DNA of 64,000 nt from Macrostomum lignano. Taxonomy: Eukaryota. Positions 50,244 to 63,390 of this stretch are shown in pieces. The DNA is taken from positions 64,127 to 128,126 of the forward strand of contig NIVC01002974.1 in assembly GCA_002269645.1 (NCBI GenBank), read 5' to 3'. The number at the start of each line of letters is the position of its first letter. The stretch's first letter is position 1. Under the pieces are notes generated by a model. It saw only the letters and a program-made list of their open reading frames with translations. It was not told the DNA's origin and searched no databases. The translations under genes and the position numbers were made by a program.

Positions 50244-52440
50244 GCTGTACGCGTCCGACAGCGTGACGAAGCCGAACTCCTTGCTGCAGAAGAGGATCAG
50301 GTCCTCGGCGAGGCGGCTCAGGTGGTTGCCAATCATGGCGGCCGCGAACTGGAACTCCGAGGCGAAGTCGCGGTCCGCCACGGCGTCCAGACTGTTCCAG
50401 GTGACCCCAGAGGTGAAGCCGAGGGCGTCTGGGGTTTTTGAATGGGGCTGGTTAATACCTGTTAAAGATTCTAAGAATACCTGTAGACCATTCTAAGAAT
50501 ACCTGTTGACAAGTCTGAGAATACCTGTTCACGATTCTAAGAATACCTGCTCACGATTCTAAGAATACCTGTTGACGATTCTAAGAATACCAAACCCTAA
50601 TGCCGCACACCCCAATTCCTAACACCCAATACCCCACACCCCAATACCCCACACCCTAATTCTCCACACCCAAATACCCCAACACCCCAATTCCCAACAT
50701 CCAATACTCCACAACCCTATTCCTCACACCCAAATACCTCACATCGCAATTCCCAACATCCAATACTCCACACCCCTATTCCTCACAACCTTATTCCCCA
50801 CACCCAAATTCCTAACACCCAATACCCCACACCCCAATTCCTAACACCCAAATACCCCACACTCCAATACCCCACACACCAATTCTCCACACCCCAACTC
50901 CCCACACCGAATTCCCACACCCCAACTCCCACACCCCAATTCTCCACACCCCAATACCCACACCCCAATTCTCCACACCCCAATTCCCAACATCCAATTC
51001 TCCACATCCCAATTCTCCACACCCCAATTCTCCACATCTCAATTCTCCACACCCCAATTCTCCACATCCCAATTCTCCACACCCCAATTCTCCACACCCC
51101 AATTCTCCACACCCCAATTCTCCACATCCCAATTCTCCACAACCCAATTCTCCACACCCCAATTCTCCACACCCCAATTCTCCACACCCCAATACCCCAC
51201 ACCCCAATACCCCACACCCGAATTCCCAACACTCAATTCCCAACACCCAATTCCCCACACCCCGATTCCCCACACCCAATTCCCAACACCCAATTCCCAA
51301 CACCACGATTCCCCACACCCAATACCCCATCCCTCGCCCTACCGGCCAACGCCTGCCTGTCCACCCCGAAGGGGTTGCCGGCCAGGGCGCCGCTGCCCAG
51401 CGGGCACACGGCGGTGCGGGCCCGGCAGTCGGCCAGTCTCTGGCAGTCCCTGCGCAGCATGGAGGCGTAGCTGAGCAGCCAATGGGACCAGCGCACCGGC
51501 TGGGCCCGCTGCAGGTGGGTGTAGCCCGGCATGAGCACGCCGGTCTCCGACTCCGCCCGGCTCACCAGGGTGTTGATGAGGCGGCGCAGCTGGGGCAGCA
51601 GCTCGTCCGATAAGTAGTCCATGAGCCACAGGCGGATATCCGTGGCTACCTGAGCTCGGAGGTTTTTGGGTGAGACTGGTTGTGACATGAGGGGTCAGTC
51701 CCCCCTAAGCTATATGGATAATGAGGGGTCAGTCCCACCTAAGCTACCTGGATAATGAGGGGTCAGTCCCCCCTAAGCTACCTGGATAATGAGGGGTCAG
51801 TCCCCAAGCTACCTGGATAATGAGGAGTCAGTCCCCCTAAGCTACATGAATAATGAGGGGTCAGTCCCCAAGCTACATGGGTAATGAGGGGTCAGTCCCC
51901 AAGCTACATGGGTAATGAGGGGTCAGTCCCCAAGCTATATGGATAATGAGGGGTCAGTCCCCAAGCTACCTGCACATCAAGAGCGCCAGCTCAGGCTGAG
52001 GTGCCGCACCCCTCTCCCCAGCCCCACCTGGTCATTCCTGCTCCGCCCGGTGTGCAGCTTGGCGGCCGGGGCGCCCACCAGCTCCTTGAGGCGGCGCTCA
52101 TTGGCGGTGTGGATGTCCTCGTCAGACGGCGCCGGAACGAAGCTGCCGGACTGCCATTCAGCGGCCACCAGGTCTAGGCCGCGGTGCAGCTCAGAGGCCT
52201 CCGCCTCGGTCAGGAGGCCCGCGCCAACCAGCGCCGTGGCGTAGGCGCGGCTTCCTCGCAGGTCCTGGCGCCACATCCGCTTGTCGAAGGACAGGGAATC
52301 GTTGAACGCCTGCATGAGCGGGTCCAGGCCGCCTGTGAACCGGCCGCCCCACAGCTTGGACTCGGACACCTGCGAGGGTTCGGGATTTTTTTTTTTAGAG
52401 GCAGGGGGTTGTGTGCACCCTGGCGCACTTTAAGCGACAT
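49466..52440 (-). CDS. ASL: Argininosuccinate lyase, copy 2 (apparently intact)
   Basis: Exons 52369-52028, 51649-51343, 50428-49828 and 49610-49466 join in frame with GT-AG sites: [16 protein letters not shown]|[58 protein letters not shown] first mini-exon MSLK at 52440-52429 is inferred. Confidence 0.93.
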
Positions 52441-52489
52441 AGCACACAACCGGCGAGAGGCATTACTGCCCATTCCGCCGACTCCCCTG

Positions 52490-52744
52490 AACAGGCATAC
52501 AAGCGCGCGGATACGTACGCAGGCACACACTCACACAGGAGTGTACAGCGGCCCTAACTTTATATTATCGTTAGGCATGTACACTTCACTGTGCCTTGGG
52601 GGGTTGGCTCTCAAGGCCGTTAATTGCACGAGCAGAGCCAAGCCGAGATTCCAATTCCGCCCTAAATTAATGTGACTGCACTTGGAATCGAGCCTGGGTC
52701 GCTGGCACACCAGAGCCTGCGCTAGACCGCTGGGCTACGGCCCC
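52490..52744 (-). mobile_element. tRNA-derived SINE 5' of ASL copy 2
   Basis: Same A/B boxes and body as 34850-35104. Confidence 0.7.
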
Positions 52745-53904
52745 CCTTGAGGGTTCGGGATGGTACGAGCCGTAATTATTGTTGTCAAAAACTTTACCGT
52801 GACAAGAATAGCTAGAGTCATTGAAAAAACTCTCTAGTGACTCTAGCGACTTCGAGGCAACTCTTGTGACTTTTAACGACTGTTAGGCGACTGTTGCGTC
52901 ACAAGACTTGTAGAATCATATAAGAGCCGTCCAAGAATCTTTGTGTTAGCGCTTAACTTTCGCTAGAGATGCTATTCTAATTCATCAAGCGACGCAATGC
53001 GCTTCAAACGCAACTCAGTGACTCTACAGCGACTCTGGCGTAGAGACGACTTTACGGCCCCAGAGTCGTTTCAGAGTCGCAGGCTATAAAGCGATTCTTG
53101 AGCAACTCTTTGACGACTTTTTGGCGTCTTGTATCGTGACATCACGTCGTTTTAAAGTCGTTTATAGTCATTTATAGTCATTGTGAGCATCTTGGCCTGG
53201 ATCCCTTTTTCATGGGGCTGTGAGCATCTTGGCCTGGATCCCTTTTTCATGGGGCTGTGAGCATCTTGGCCTGGATCCCTTTTTCATGGGGCTGTGAGCA
53301 TCTTGGCCTGGATCCCTTTTTCATGGGGCTGTGAGCATCTTGGCCTGGATCCCTTTTTCATGGGGCTGTGAGCATCTTGGCCTAGCGCATCGTCCACAAA
53401 AGGCGCCAATACTGTACGCAGGCACTCACACACGCTCACACAGGATGTACAGAGGCCCTTAACTTTCCAACCGTCAGGCATGTACAGTCTCGGTGCTTTG
53501 GGCTGAGTCGCACAACCCCCAAAATGAATGTGACCGCGCAGAGTGCAGGTGGGCCCATCCTAGATGCGTACTAACCACCACCAAGTCTGCTTAACTTGGA
53601 TCGCTTACGGTGAATGCTCTGATTGCTGAAGCCTCACCTTACTTTCACCAGTTGCAGGTTTGCTTTCCGACATGCTTTTCAAGTTATTTGATTGGTTTAT
53701 TAACTGTTACGGACAGGTAGCCAAATCATGAAGGAGATAATTGAAAATACCATTCGACATATTTACCCGGACTTCGAACTCAGGATTTACAGTCACTATC
53801 ATTTCATAAAACTGATTCTATATACCACTAACCATACATAAAGCTTGAAGCTCATGTTAAACTGAGTTATTTACATTTACCCTACCTGATGCTTCAGGCT
53901 AAAC

Positions 53905-54630
53905 AATTTGAGCTCCTCATATTTACCCTACCTGAAGCTTCAGGCTAAACAATTTGAGCACCTCATATTTACCCTACCTGAAGATTCAGGCTAAACAATT
54001 TAAGCACCTCATATTTACCCAACCTGAAGCCTCAGGTTGAACAATGAGCTCCTCATATTTACCCAACCTGAAGCCTCAGGTTGAACAATGAGCTCCTCAT
54101 ATTTACCCAACCTGAAGCCTCAGGTTGAACAATGAGCTCCTCATATTTACCCAACCTGAAGCCTCAGGTTGAACAATGAGTTCCTCATATTTACCCTACC
54201 TGAAGCTTCAGGTTGAACAATGAGCTCCTCATATTTACCCTACCTGAAGATTCAGGTTGAACAATGAGTTCCTCATATTTACCCTACCTGAAGATTCAGG
54301 TTGAACAATGAGTTCCTCATATTTACCCAACCTGAAGATTCAGGCTAAACAATTTGAGCTCCTCATATTTACCCTACCTGAAGCTTCAGGCTAAACAATT
54401 TGAGCACCTCATATTTACCCTACCTGAAGATTCAGGCTAAACAATTTGAGCACCTCATATTTACCCTACCTGAAGATTCAGGCTAAACAATTTGAGCACC
54501 TCATATTTACCCTACCTGAAGATTCAGGCTAAACAATTTGAGCACCTCATATTTACCCTACCTGAAGATTCAGGCTAAACAATTTGAGCACCTCATATTT
54601 ACCCTACCTGAAGCCTCAGGTTGAAAAATG
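53905..54630. repeat. 44/46-bp minisatellite with an internal palindrome (CCTGAAGCTTCAGG)
   Basis: Period 46 (54421 vs 54467). Confidence 0.95.
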
Positions 54631-55219
54631 AGCTCCTTATATCTAAACTACCTAACATCAATAAAAATGATCACTCTGAAGCATTCAGCTCCACCAGAAA
54701 AGTACAGAAACTAAACAAAGTAACAATTTACTTTAACAAAACAACTTAACTTGGCTAAGTGATTCATATATTTATTTGACTGGTTTCTGGTATGCATAAA
54801 TTGATCTAGATAAAAGGCAGTAACGCATATCGAAATATCCACAGAATAGACATCCAAAATAAAGCAATAAATCAAGTGAAATCACAACAGATAAGGTTAA
54901 CTAAGAAAAGTCACAGCTCAATATAACGCCAGAAAGAGCCAGCGAGAGTGACGCGCACAGGCCGGTGACTGTGGCGGTGACACGTGAAGGACAAAATTTT
55001 AATAAAAATACATTTGCAGGAATAAAGGATAAACATGGGGACTCTGTGTCGTGAGAATGTCTGTCGCACTACTCATCTATGCATGCTTGAAGTACAACCT
55101 GAACTGTTGAATAAAAATAAGCCTTCTGCAACATTGATTGAGGTAATTTTATACGATGGACAAGCACGTCTCGAAACTGGATCAGCCACTTGCTTCATGG
55201 TGCATTTTCGGCATTAACA

Positions 55220-56080
55220 TGTCCTTCCACCTGTCTGTCTATCTAGCTGACTGTCTGTAACTATCTGCCCGGTTGTCTGTCCACCTGTATGTCTGGGCAC
55301 CTGTCTGTTCACCTGTCTATCCACCTGTCTATCTGTCTGTCCACCTGTCCTTCAACCTGTATATCTACCTGTCTGTCCACCTGTCTGTCCTCCTGTCTGT
55401 TCACCTGTTTATCCACCTGTCTATCCACCTGTCTTTCTGTCTGTCCACCTGCTTATCTACCTGTCTGTCCACCTGTCTGTTCACCTGTCTATCCAACTGT
55501 CTATCTACCTGTCTATCCAACTGTCTATCTACCTGTCTATCCAACTGTCTATCTACCTGTCTATCCAACTGTCTATCTACCTGTCTATCCAACTGTCTAT
55601 CTACCTGTCTATCCAACTGTCTATCTACCTGTCTATCCAACTGTCTATCTATCTGTTTATCCAACTGTCTATCTACCTGTCTATCCAACTGTCTATCTAC
55701 CTGTCTATCCAACTGTCTATCTACCTGTCTATCCAACTGTCTATCTACCTGTCTATCCAACTGTCTATCTACCTGTCTATCCAACTGTCTATCTACCTGT
55801 CTATCCAACTGTCTATCTACCTGTCTATCCAACTGTCTATCTACCTGTCTATCCAACTGTCTATCTACCTGTCTATCCAACTGTCTATCTACCTGTCTAT
55901 CCAACTGTCTATCTACCTGTCTATCCAACTGTCTATCTACCTGTCTATCTACGTGTCTATCCACCCTGTCTATCTATATGTCTGTTCACCTGTACTTCAA
56001 CCTGTGTCTGCCAAACTGTTCTCCCACCTGTCTATTCACCTGTCTATCCACCTGTCTATCCACCTGTCTATCTACCTGTC
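55220..56080. repeat. 12/24-bp minisatellite (CTGTCTATCCAA / CTGTCTATCTAC)
   Basis: Direct observation. Confidence 0.95.
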
Positions 56081-56094
56081 TGTCCACTGTTTCC

Positions 56095-59000
56095 CCGCCT
56101 GTCCCCAGACGGTCTTCACGGCAGCAGGGGTTGCCAGGCGGCGTGCCGCAGGCAGCGGTAGTAGAGGCCAGGCGGGGCGAACCACAGCACAGTGGCCGGG
56201 TCGGCAGGGTGGCCGCAGCCAGGACTCGGACAGGCCACGGCGCCGGAGCGGGCCTCGGACACGCAGCGGGTCACGTGACGAGTCCAGCAGGCGGCGCAGT
56301 GCCAGTGCCGGCAGGCGGTCAGCGCCGTCACCCAGTCGGCGGGGTCGCTGAGCCACGGCCTGGGCGACCGCACCCGCAGCTGCCGCAGGCGGCCGACGTC
56401 TGGGAGCGCCGGAACTCTTCGACATCTCGCCGCTGACCGGCTAGCAGCGGCGGCAGGCGTCGGGGCGTCCGAGATGTCCGCCCGCCGGCCGACTCAATGC
56501 TAATGACGTCACTGGCTGGGACAGGCGCACTGGAGTACAGCCAGCTGTACAGCGGAGGGCATGTCAAGGCGGAGATTCGAACTCCGGACGACAGGTCAGA
56601 TTCGCTGACTGTCGAATCGATGCTTTCGTCATCAACAATTGGCTGGTCTTGGCCGGGTGTGGACAGCCGGGCCAGCAGCGCTGGGAGGGAGCTGAGGAGT
56701 GGCGGCGAAAGCGGGATCTTGTCACGGTGGGGAGATCTAGTCACGGTGGGGAGATCTAGTCACGGTGGGGAGATCTTGTCACGGTGGGGAGATCTAGTCA
56801 CGGTGGGGAGATCTTGTCACGGTGGGGAGATCTAGTCACGGTGGGGAGATCTAGTCACGGTGGGGAGATCTAGTCTCGGTGGGGAGATCTAGTCACGGTG
56901 GGGAGATCTAGTCACGGTGGGAAATCTGGTGGGGAGATCTAGTCTCGGTGGGGAGATCTAGTCACGGTGGGAAATCAAATCACAGCGAGGAGATCGAGTC
57001 TCGGTGGGAAATCTAATCACGGTGAGATCTAGTCACGGTGGAGAGATCTAGTCACGGTGGAGAGATCTAGTCTCGGTGGGGAGATCTAGTCACGGTGGGG
57101 AGATCTAGTCTCGGTGGGGAGATCTAGTCTCGGTGGGGAGATCTAGTCACGGTGGGAAATCTAATCACGGTGAGATCTAGTCACGGTGGGGAGATCTAGT
57201 CACGGTTGGGAGATCTAGTCACGGTGGGAAATCTAATCACGGTGAGATCTAGTCACGGTGGGGAGATCTAGTCACGGTTGGGAGATCTAGTCACGGTTGG
57301 GAGATCTAGTCACGGTGAGGAGATCTAGTCTGGGTGGAGAGATCCAGTCAGGGCCTGGAGATCTAACAGTCCAGATCTAGTCACGGTGGGGAGATCTACC
57401 CACACCAGCAGGGATCCAGTCACAACTCACCCGAACGGGTCCTGACAGGCCAGCAGGCGGGTCAGGACGTGTCGCCGATCAGCCGGAGAGCCGCAGCCCA
57501 GCAGGTGCAGGCGAACTCGGGTCGAGCCAAACCGGACAGCCCTGGACGCAGACGGCAGCTTGCCACCAGCTGCTGGCAGCTCCTCCATCAGCAGGGTGGG
57601 GCCGGGCCACCGCCAGCTCGTTGCCATTGACGACGGCCAAGGACGCAGCCAGATCTTGGTCGGCCAGCTGTCACTGCGCCTGCCGCCACCGCCAGCGCCA
57701 GCCTCCAGCAATCGATTCAGCAGCTCCCTCTGCACAGTCAGCACCGGTCTGAAGTCATCCTCTCGATCCTCTTCATTATCCTCTTTGAGCTGAGGCTGCT
57801 CAAAGCTGCCATCGGCTCGGCTCGACCGCTGCGTGGGCGGCTCGCCTTCGCTGGGCGAGAATTCAGCGAATCCCAGCTCGTCGGAGGCGAATTTGGCGAG
57901 CAGCTCGGAAATGCCGGCAGCCTCCGCCAGGGTTGATGAGGCGCGTCGGCTGAGCCTGAGAATGCCAGGGATAAATTCAAAACTGCCCAATTTTCTAAAT
58001 GTACTTTTATACTACTCATTGCAAGTAGCTTCGGAGTTAATCGGGTTTGAGACTTAGCTCAGCATCATTCTCAATCAATCCAGCTCAGCATCGTTCCCCA
58101 TCAGTCCAGCTCAGCATCATTCTCAATCAATCCAGCATAGCATCATTCTCCATCAGTCCAGCTCAGCATCATTCCCCATCAGTCCAGTTCAGCATCATTC
58201 TTAATCAATCCAGCATAGCATCATTCTCCATCAGTCCAGCTCAGCATCGTTCCCCATCAGTCCAGCTCAGCATCATTCTCAATCAATCCAGCATAGCATC
58301 ATTCTCCATCAATCCAGCTCAGCATCGTTCCCCATCAGTCCAGCTCAGCATCATTCTTAATCAATCCAGCATAGCATCATTCTCCATCAGTCCAGCTCAG
58401 CATCATTCCCCATCAGTCCAGTTCAGCATCATTCCCTATCAGTCCAGCCCAGCACCATTCCCCATCAGTCCAGCTCAGCATCATTCTCAATCAATCCAGC
58501 ATAGCATCATTCTCAATCAATCCAGCTCAGCATCGTTCCCCATCAGTCCAGCTCAGCATCATTCTCAATCAATCCAGCATAGCATCATTCTCCATCAGTC
58601 CAGCTCAGCATCATTCCCCATCAGTCCAGTTCAGCATCATTCCCTATCAGTCCAGCCCAGCACCATTCCCCATCAGTCCAGCTCAGCATTGATCATTCTT
58701 AATCAATCCAGCATAGCATCATTCTCCATCAGTCCAGCTCAGCATCATTCCCCATCAGTCCAGTTCAGCATCATTCCCTATCAGTCCAGCCCAGCACCAT
58801 TCCCCATCAGTCCAGCTCAGCATCATTCTCCATCAGTACAGCTCAGCCAACTCACCGCAAGCCTCCAGCATCTTGAGCAGTGCTCAGATCCAGCCGCCGC
58901 TGCCAGTTGTCCTCCAGCCAGTCGGCCAGTTCGTCTTCCGCTTCCCGTCTCGCCACCCGCCGCATCCGCTTGCGACGATGGCGCTTTTGCTTTTGGCGAC

Positions 59001-62000
59001 CTAGACTGCTTCTGTTGGCACAAGAAGCTGCAGAATCTGCAGCGTCTGCATCAACAGAAGCAGCAGCAGGCGAAGCAGCAGCCCGAGCTCTGCAAGAGAA
59101 CAGTTGGGCACAGAATGCTCGCAATAATGAGTTGTCCATGTTGCATACGGATAGCTAATGCTTGTATACTACTGCAAATACGAGGTTAACAAGTAGTTTG
59201 ATGCGGGTTTTAACAAAGAATATCAAATGGATTGACCAAAGAAAAAAATGATAAAAAATATAATTACAGAAAACCAGCAAGTGTGTCATTGACGAAAGAA
59301 AATGTTTAAAGGGTCAGAACGATGTTAACGAATAAGGCTAAATAGTTCGGTTTAGGGTTGAAGGATAGGGTTTTGTGTTTTATGATCAAAATGTTAGGTT
59401 AGAAGGGTTGAGAGATTAGGGTTGAAAGGTCAAGGTTGAAGGGATGAAGGGTTGAAGGGTTAGGGTTGAAGGGTTGAGGGATTTGGGTTGAAAGGCAAAT
59501 GTTGAAGGGTTTAAAGGGTGGGGTTGAAGGGTCTAAAGGGTAGGGTTGAAGGGCCTAAAGAGTAGGGTTGAAGGGTTTAAATGGTAGGGTTGAAGGGTTT
59601 AAATGGTAGGGTTGAAGGGTTTAAATGGTAGGGTTGCAGGGTTAAAAGGGTAGAATTGAAGGGTTAGGGTTGTAGGGTTAGGGTTGAAGGGTGTTATGCT
59701 GGTTGCGAAGCTTCTGTTTTCGAATATTCTGGACAATAGTTTCAGATAAAATACCGCAAAGTGAGTTTAATAGTTACTTTACAGTTCTATAAACATAGAG
59801 AGTAAAAAAATTCATCAATCTTTTATCTGCTTTCAAATTTCTAAAAGAGAAACATGCTGAAAAAAAACTGAGGCTGTACCTGGCAAAGGTGCGGGTCAGC
59901 GGTCGGTGCCAGCGGTCGTCAATGATGAGCTCATGCGGGGGCATCAGGCTGTGCAACACCAGTTTGGGTGCCGACGCCAGCGCGGACAGCGGCAGCGACA
60001 CGGGCTCAGGGAGCTGCTGGCCGGCGCTGAGGCTCTCAACTGCCGATGGGCCACCCCGAGCAGCTCGTACAGATTGAGCAGTCGGCTGCGCTCGGGTTGG
60101 AAGCGGACTGGCAGACGGACTTCGCAGCTGGCGTCTGAAGCATGGGCAGGTTGACGTAATTTGATTCCCATTGAGTTGCCATGACAACCCGCGTCAGTCG
60201 GCCGCAGCAATCAAATCTTATCTACATGTACCTGTTCTCATCTAATCTCAGCATATCTACCTGTTCTCATCTAATCACACCATATCTACCTGTTCTCATC
60301 TAATCACACCATATCTACCTGTTCTCATCTAATCTCACCATATCTACCTGTTCTCATCTAATCACACCATATCTACCTGTTCTCATCTAATCACACCATA
60401 TCTACCTGTTCTCATCTAATCTCACCATATCTACCTGTTCTTATATAATCTCACCATATCTACCTGTTATAATTTAATCCCACCGTATCTACCTGTTCTT
60501 ATCTAATCTCACCATATCTACCTGTTCTTATCTAATCTCACCATATCTACCTGTTCTTATCTAATCTCACCATATCTACCTGTTCTTATCTAATCTCACC
60601 ATATCTACCTGTTCTTATCTAATCTCACCATATCTACCTGTTATCATTTAATCTCACCATATCTACCTGTTATCATTTAATCCACCATATCTACCTCTTA
60701 TCATTTAATATCACCATATCTACCTGTTATCATGTAATCTCACCATATCTACCTGTTATCATGTAATCTCACCATATTGATCTGCCCTCATCTAATCTCA
60801 CTATATCTATCTTCTCTCACCTAATCTCACCATATCTACCAGTTTTCACCTAATTGCACCATATCTACATAATCCCATCTAATCTCACCATATCTACATC
60901 TTTTAATCTAATCTCACCATATATACCTGTTCTCATCTAATCTCACCATATATACCTGTTCTCATCTAATCTCACCATATCTACATCTTTTCATCTAATC
61001 TTACTATATCTACATCTTTTCATCTAATCTCACCATATCTACATCTTTTCATCTAATCTTACTATATCTACATCTTTTCATCTAATCTCACTATATCTAC
61101 ATCTTTTCATCTAATCTTACTATATCTACATCTTTTCATCTAATCTTACTATATCTACATATTTTCATCTAATCTCACTATATCTACATCTTTTCATCTA
61201 ATCTTACTATATCTACATCTTTTCATCTAATCTCACCATATATACCTCTTTTCATCCTACTTCGACTGTTTCCTAATCATTCCTCATATTTTCAGATTTC
61301 TGATATTTTTAAAGTATATAATAAGCCTTGAATAAGCTAGAAATAAAGACTCAAAAACGCACTAACCAAGATCGAGGATCTCTCTCTCTCACGCCATCCA
61401 GTCGCCCTGGTCAGTTCAGCCACCTGCCTCTGCACCTGCCTTTGCCTGGCCGTAACTCGAACTGCTCTCCGTCTCTGCGAACGCGAAGTCCCGCTAGCCA
61501 CAGGGCGGATTTTATCAGCCCGAAGCCTCTTGAGGCTGCGCCGGTACCGGCTGAGCAGGGACTGCACCGCAGGCATCCAGCCCAGGCTGCTGTCGCACTG
61601 GCTGACCCCAGGTGCCAGCAGACGGTTGCCTTGGATTGAGAAGTTCTCCTCGATCATGAATATCTGCAGGCTTCCAGCATCTCCTCCGACTCGGCGTATT
61701 TGATGAAGAAGCCCTCCATGAGCTCCAGCGGTTCTGCTTGCTCAGCGAGTACCGCACCGATGTGTCCACGCTGTGCCCGATGTTGATGGGGACGCGTTTG
61801 GGAGGTGATGTAACTTGTGAGAAATGGGGGATGGGGAATGGGAAGATAGGGAATCGGAGAGGGAATGCGAATGATGGGGGATGGGGAATAGGGGATGGGA
61901 ATGCGAATGATGGGGGTGGGGAATGGGGGATGGGGAATAGGGGATGGGGATTGGGGGATGAGAAATGGAGCCTGGGATTGGGGGATGGGGATTGGAGAAG

Positions 62001-62440
62001 GAAAATGGGGGATGGGGAATGGGATGGGGATTGGGGAAGGGAATGGGGGATGGGAATGCGAATGGGAAGGGGAACGGGGGATGGGGAATGGGAAGATGGG
62101 GAATTGGAGTTGGGAGATAGAAAGTGGGAGGGAAGAAAATAAGCTAAGAATGAGAACATGCTGTATTAGAATTCAAATGGAGAATCAAACCCAGCACTCA
62201 CTCAAAATGCCTCCAAACAGGTACCGACTGTCGCCCAGACGCACCGGTCGCCATCCAGACTCCGCCCCATCGGCACATCTGGCGGCAGATAGCAAAACTG
62301 CAGCAGTCCCTTGGTTCGACTCTGTCGCAGAATCTGCTTGGAAGTTCGACAGTTCTGCCTCTTGAAGGGCCGCGCCGGGACCGCACACGGCCGGCCGCAG
62401 GGGAGATGTTCCAGCAGTCGTAGCTGAGAAAGTCGCGAGG
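56095..62440 (-). CDS. Multi-exon gene with a RING-type zinc finger (RBR RING1-like E3 ligase candidate); several apparent frameshifts
   Basis: GC-rich exon-like blocks at about 62440-62190, 61810-61400, 60190-59880, 59100-58850, 57990-57430 and 56700-56100, separated by satellite-filled introns with GTGAG/GTAC donors. The last block encodes CGSC...ACRHWHCAACWTRHV...VACPSPGC. Confidence 0.5.
56719..57400. repeat. 19-bp minisatellite (GTCACGGTGGGGAGATCTA)
   Basis: Period 19 (56821 vs 56840). Confidence 0.95.
58055..58835. repeat. Composite ~21-26-bp minisatellite (TCAGTCCAGCTCAGCATCATTC...)
   Basis: Direct observation. Confidence 0.93.
59340..59692. repeat. Degenerate AGGGTT(GA) telomere-like repeat
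   Basis: Repeated agggttga / ttagggtt units. Confidence 0.75.
60225..61250 (+). repeat. 29-bp minisatellite (CATATCTACCTGTTCTCATCTAATCTCAC)
   Basis: Direct observation. Confidence 0.95.
61815..62125. repeat. G-rich degenerate repeat (GGGGATGGGGAAT)
   Basis: Direct observation. Confidence 0.85.
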
Positions 62441-62929
62441 CATATTACTGACCTACTGGGCTACATCATAAACTATAATGGCATAACTAAGCTACTTTGT
62501 AAATGATCAGAAATGTCAATCTTTTAGCCAGTTTTCCATTGCAGCCGCTTTTCCTATACTTAAAGTTGTGCGCGCTTCCAGAAAAATGAGAGTTCTGGCC
62601 TATGGGGGGAGGGAGGAGAGCAGAGAGAGTACAGCTGGCTGCGGTTGCCATTGACAACACAATGGACTCGCGCGCGCAAGCGACCCCCTCCCCCGGCAGC
62701 TCAGGCTGGTTGCTGGGGTGAGGGTGGGGTTTGTGATAGCAAGAGTAGAGCAGAGCCATGCTCACCTGCTCACTGCTCAGCCATGGCCAATGTGCATGAA
62801 TGGGGAGGGTGCGGGCACTGGTAGCATTAACAGCTGGGAGGCGAGAGAGTGCTCGGCTGATGAAATGCTAGAATTCTATGGTGAGATTAGAACAGTGAAC
62901 ACTCCTTAGTGAGTTGAGAAAAATGATAG

Positions 62930-63390
62930 ATGAGACTAGAGTAGATAGGGTGAGATCTGATATAAGAGCATGTCGATGTGGTGAGATTAGATGACAACAG
63001 GTAGATACGGTGAGATTAGATGATAAAATGTAGATATGGTGAGATTAGATAAGAACAGGTAGATATAGTGAGATAGATTAGATGAGAACATGTAGACATA
63101 GTGAGATTAGATGAGAACAGGTAGATATAGTGAGATTAGATGAGAACAGATAGATATAGTGAGATTAGATGAGAACAGGTAGATATAGTGAGATTAGATG
63201 AGAACAGGTAGATATAGTGAGATAGATTAGATGAGAACATGGTAGATGTGGTGAGATTAGATGATAAAATGTAGATATGGTGAGATTAGATGAGAACAGG
63301 TAGACATAGTGAGATTAGATGAGAACATGTAGATATGGTGAGATAATATGAGAACAGTAGATATAGTGAGATGAGAACAGGTAGATACAG
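62930..63390 (-). repeat. Reverse-complement copy of the 29-bp minisatellite
   Basis: GTGAGATTAGATGAGAACAGGTAGATAT is the reverse complement of the 60225-61250 unit. Confidence 0.93.
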
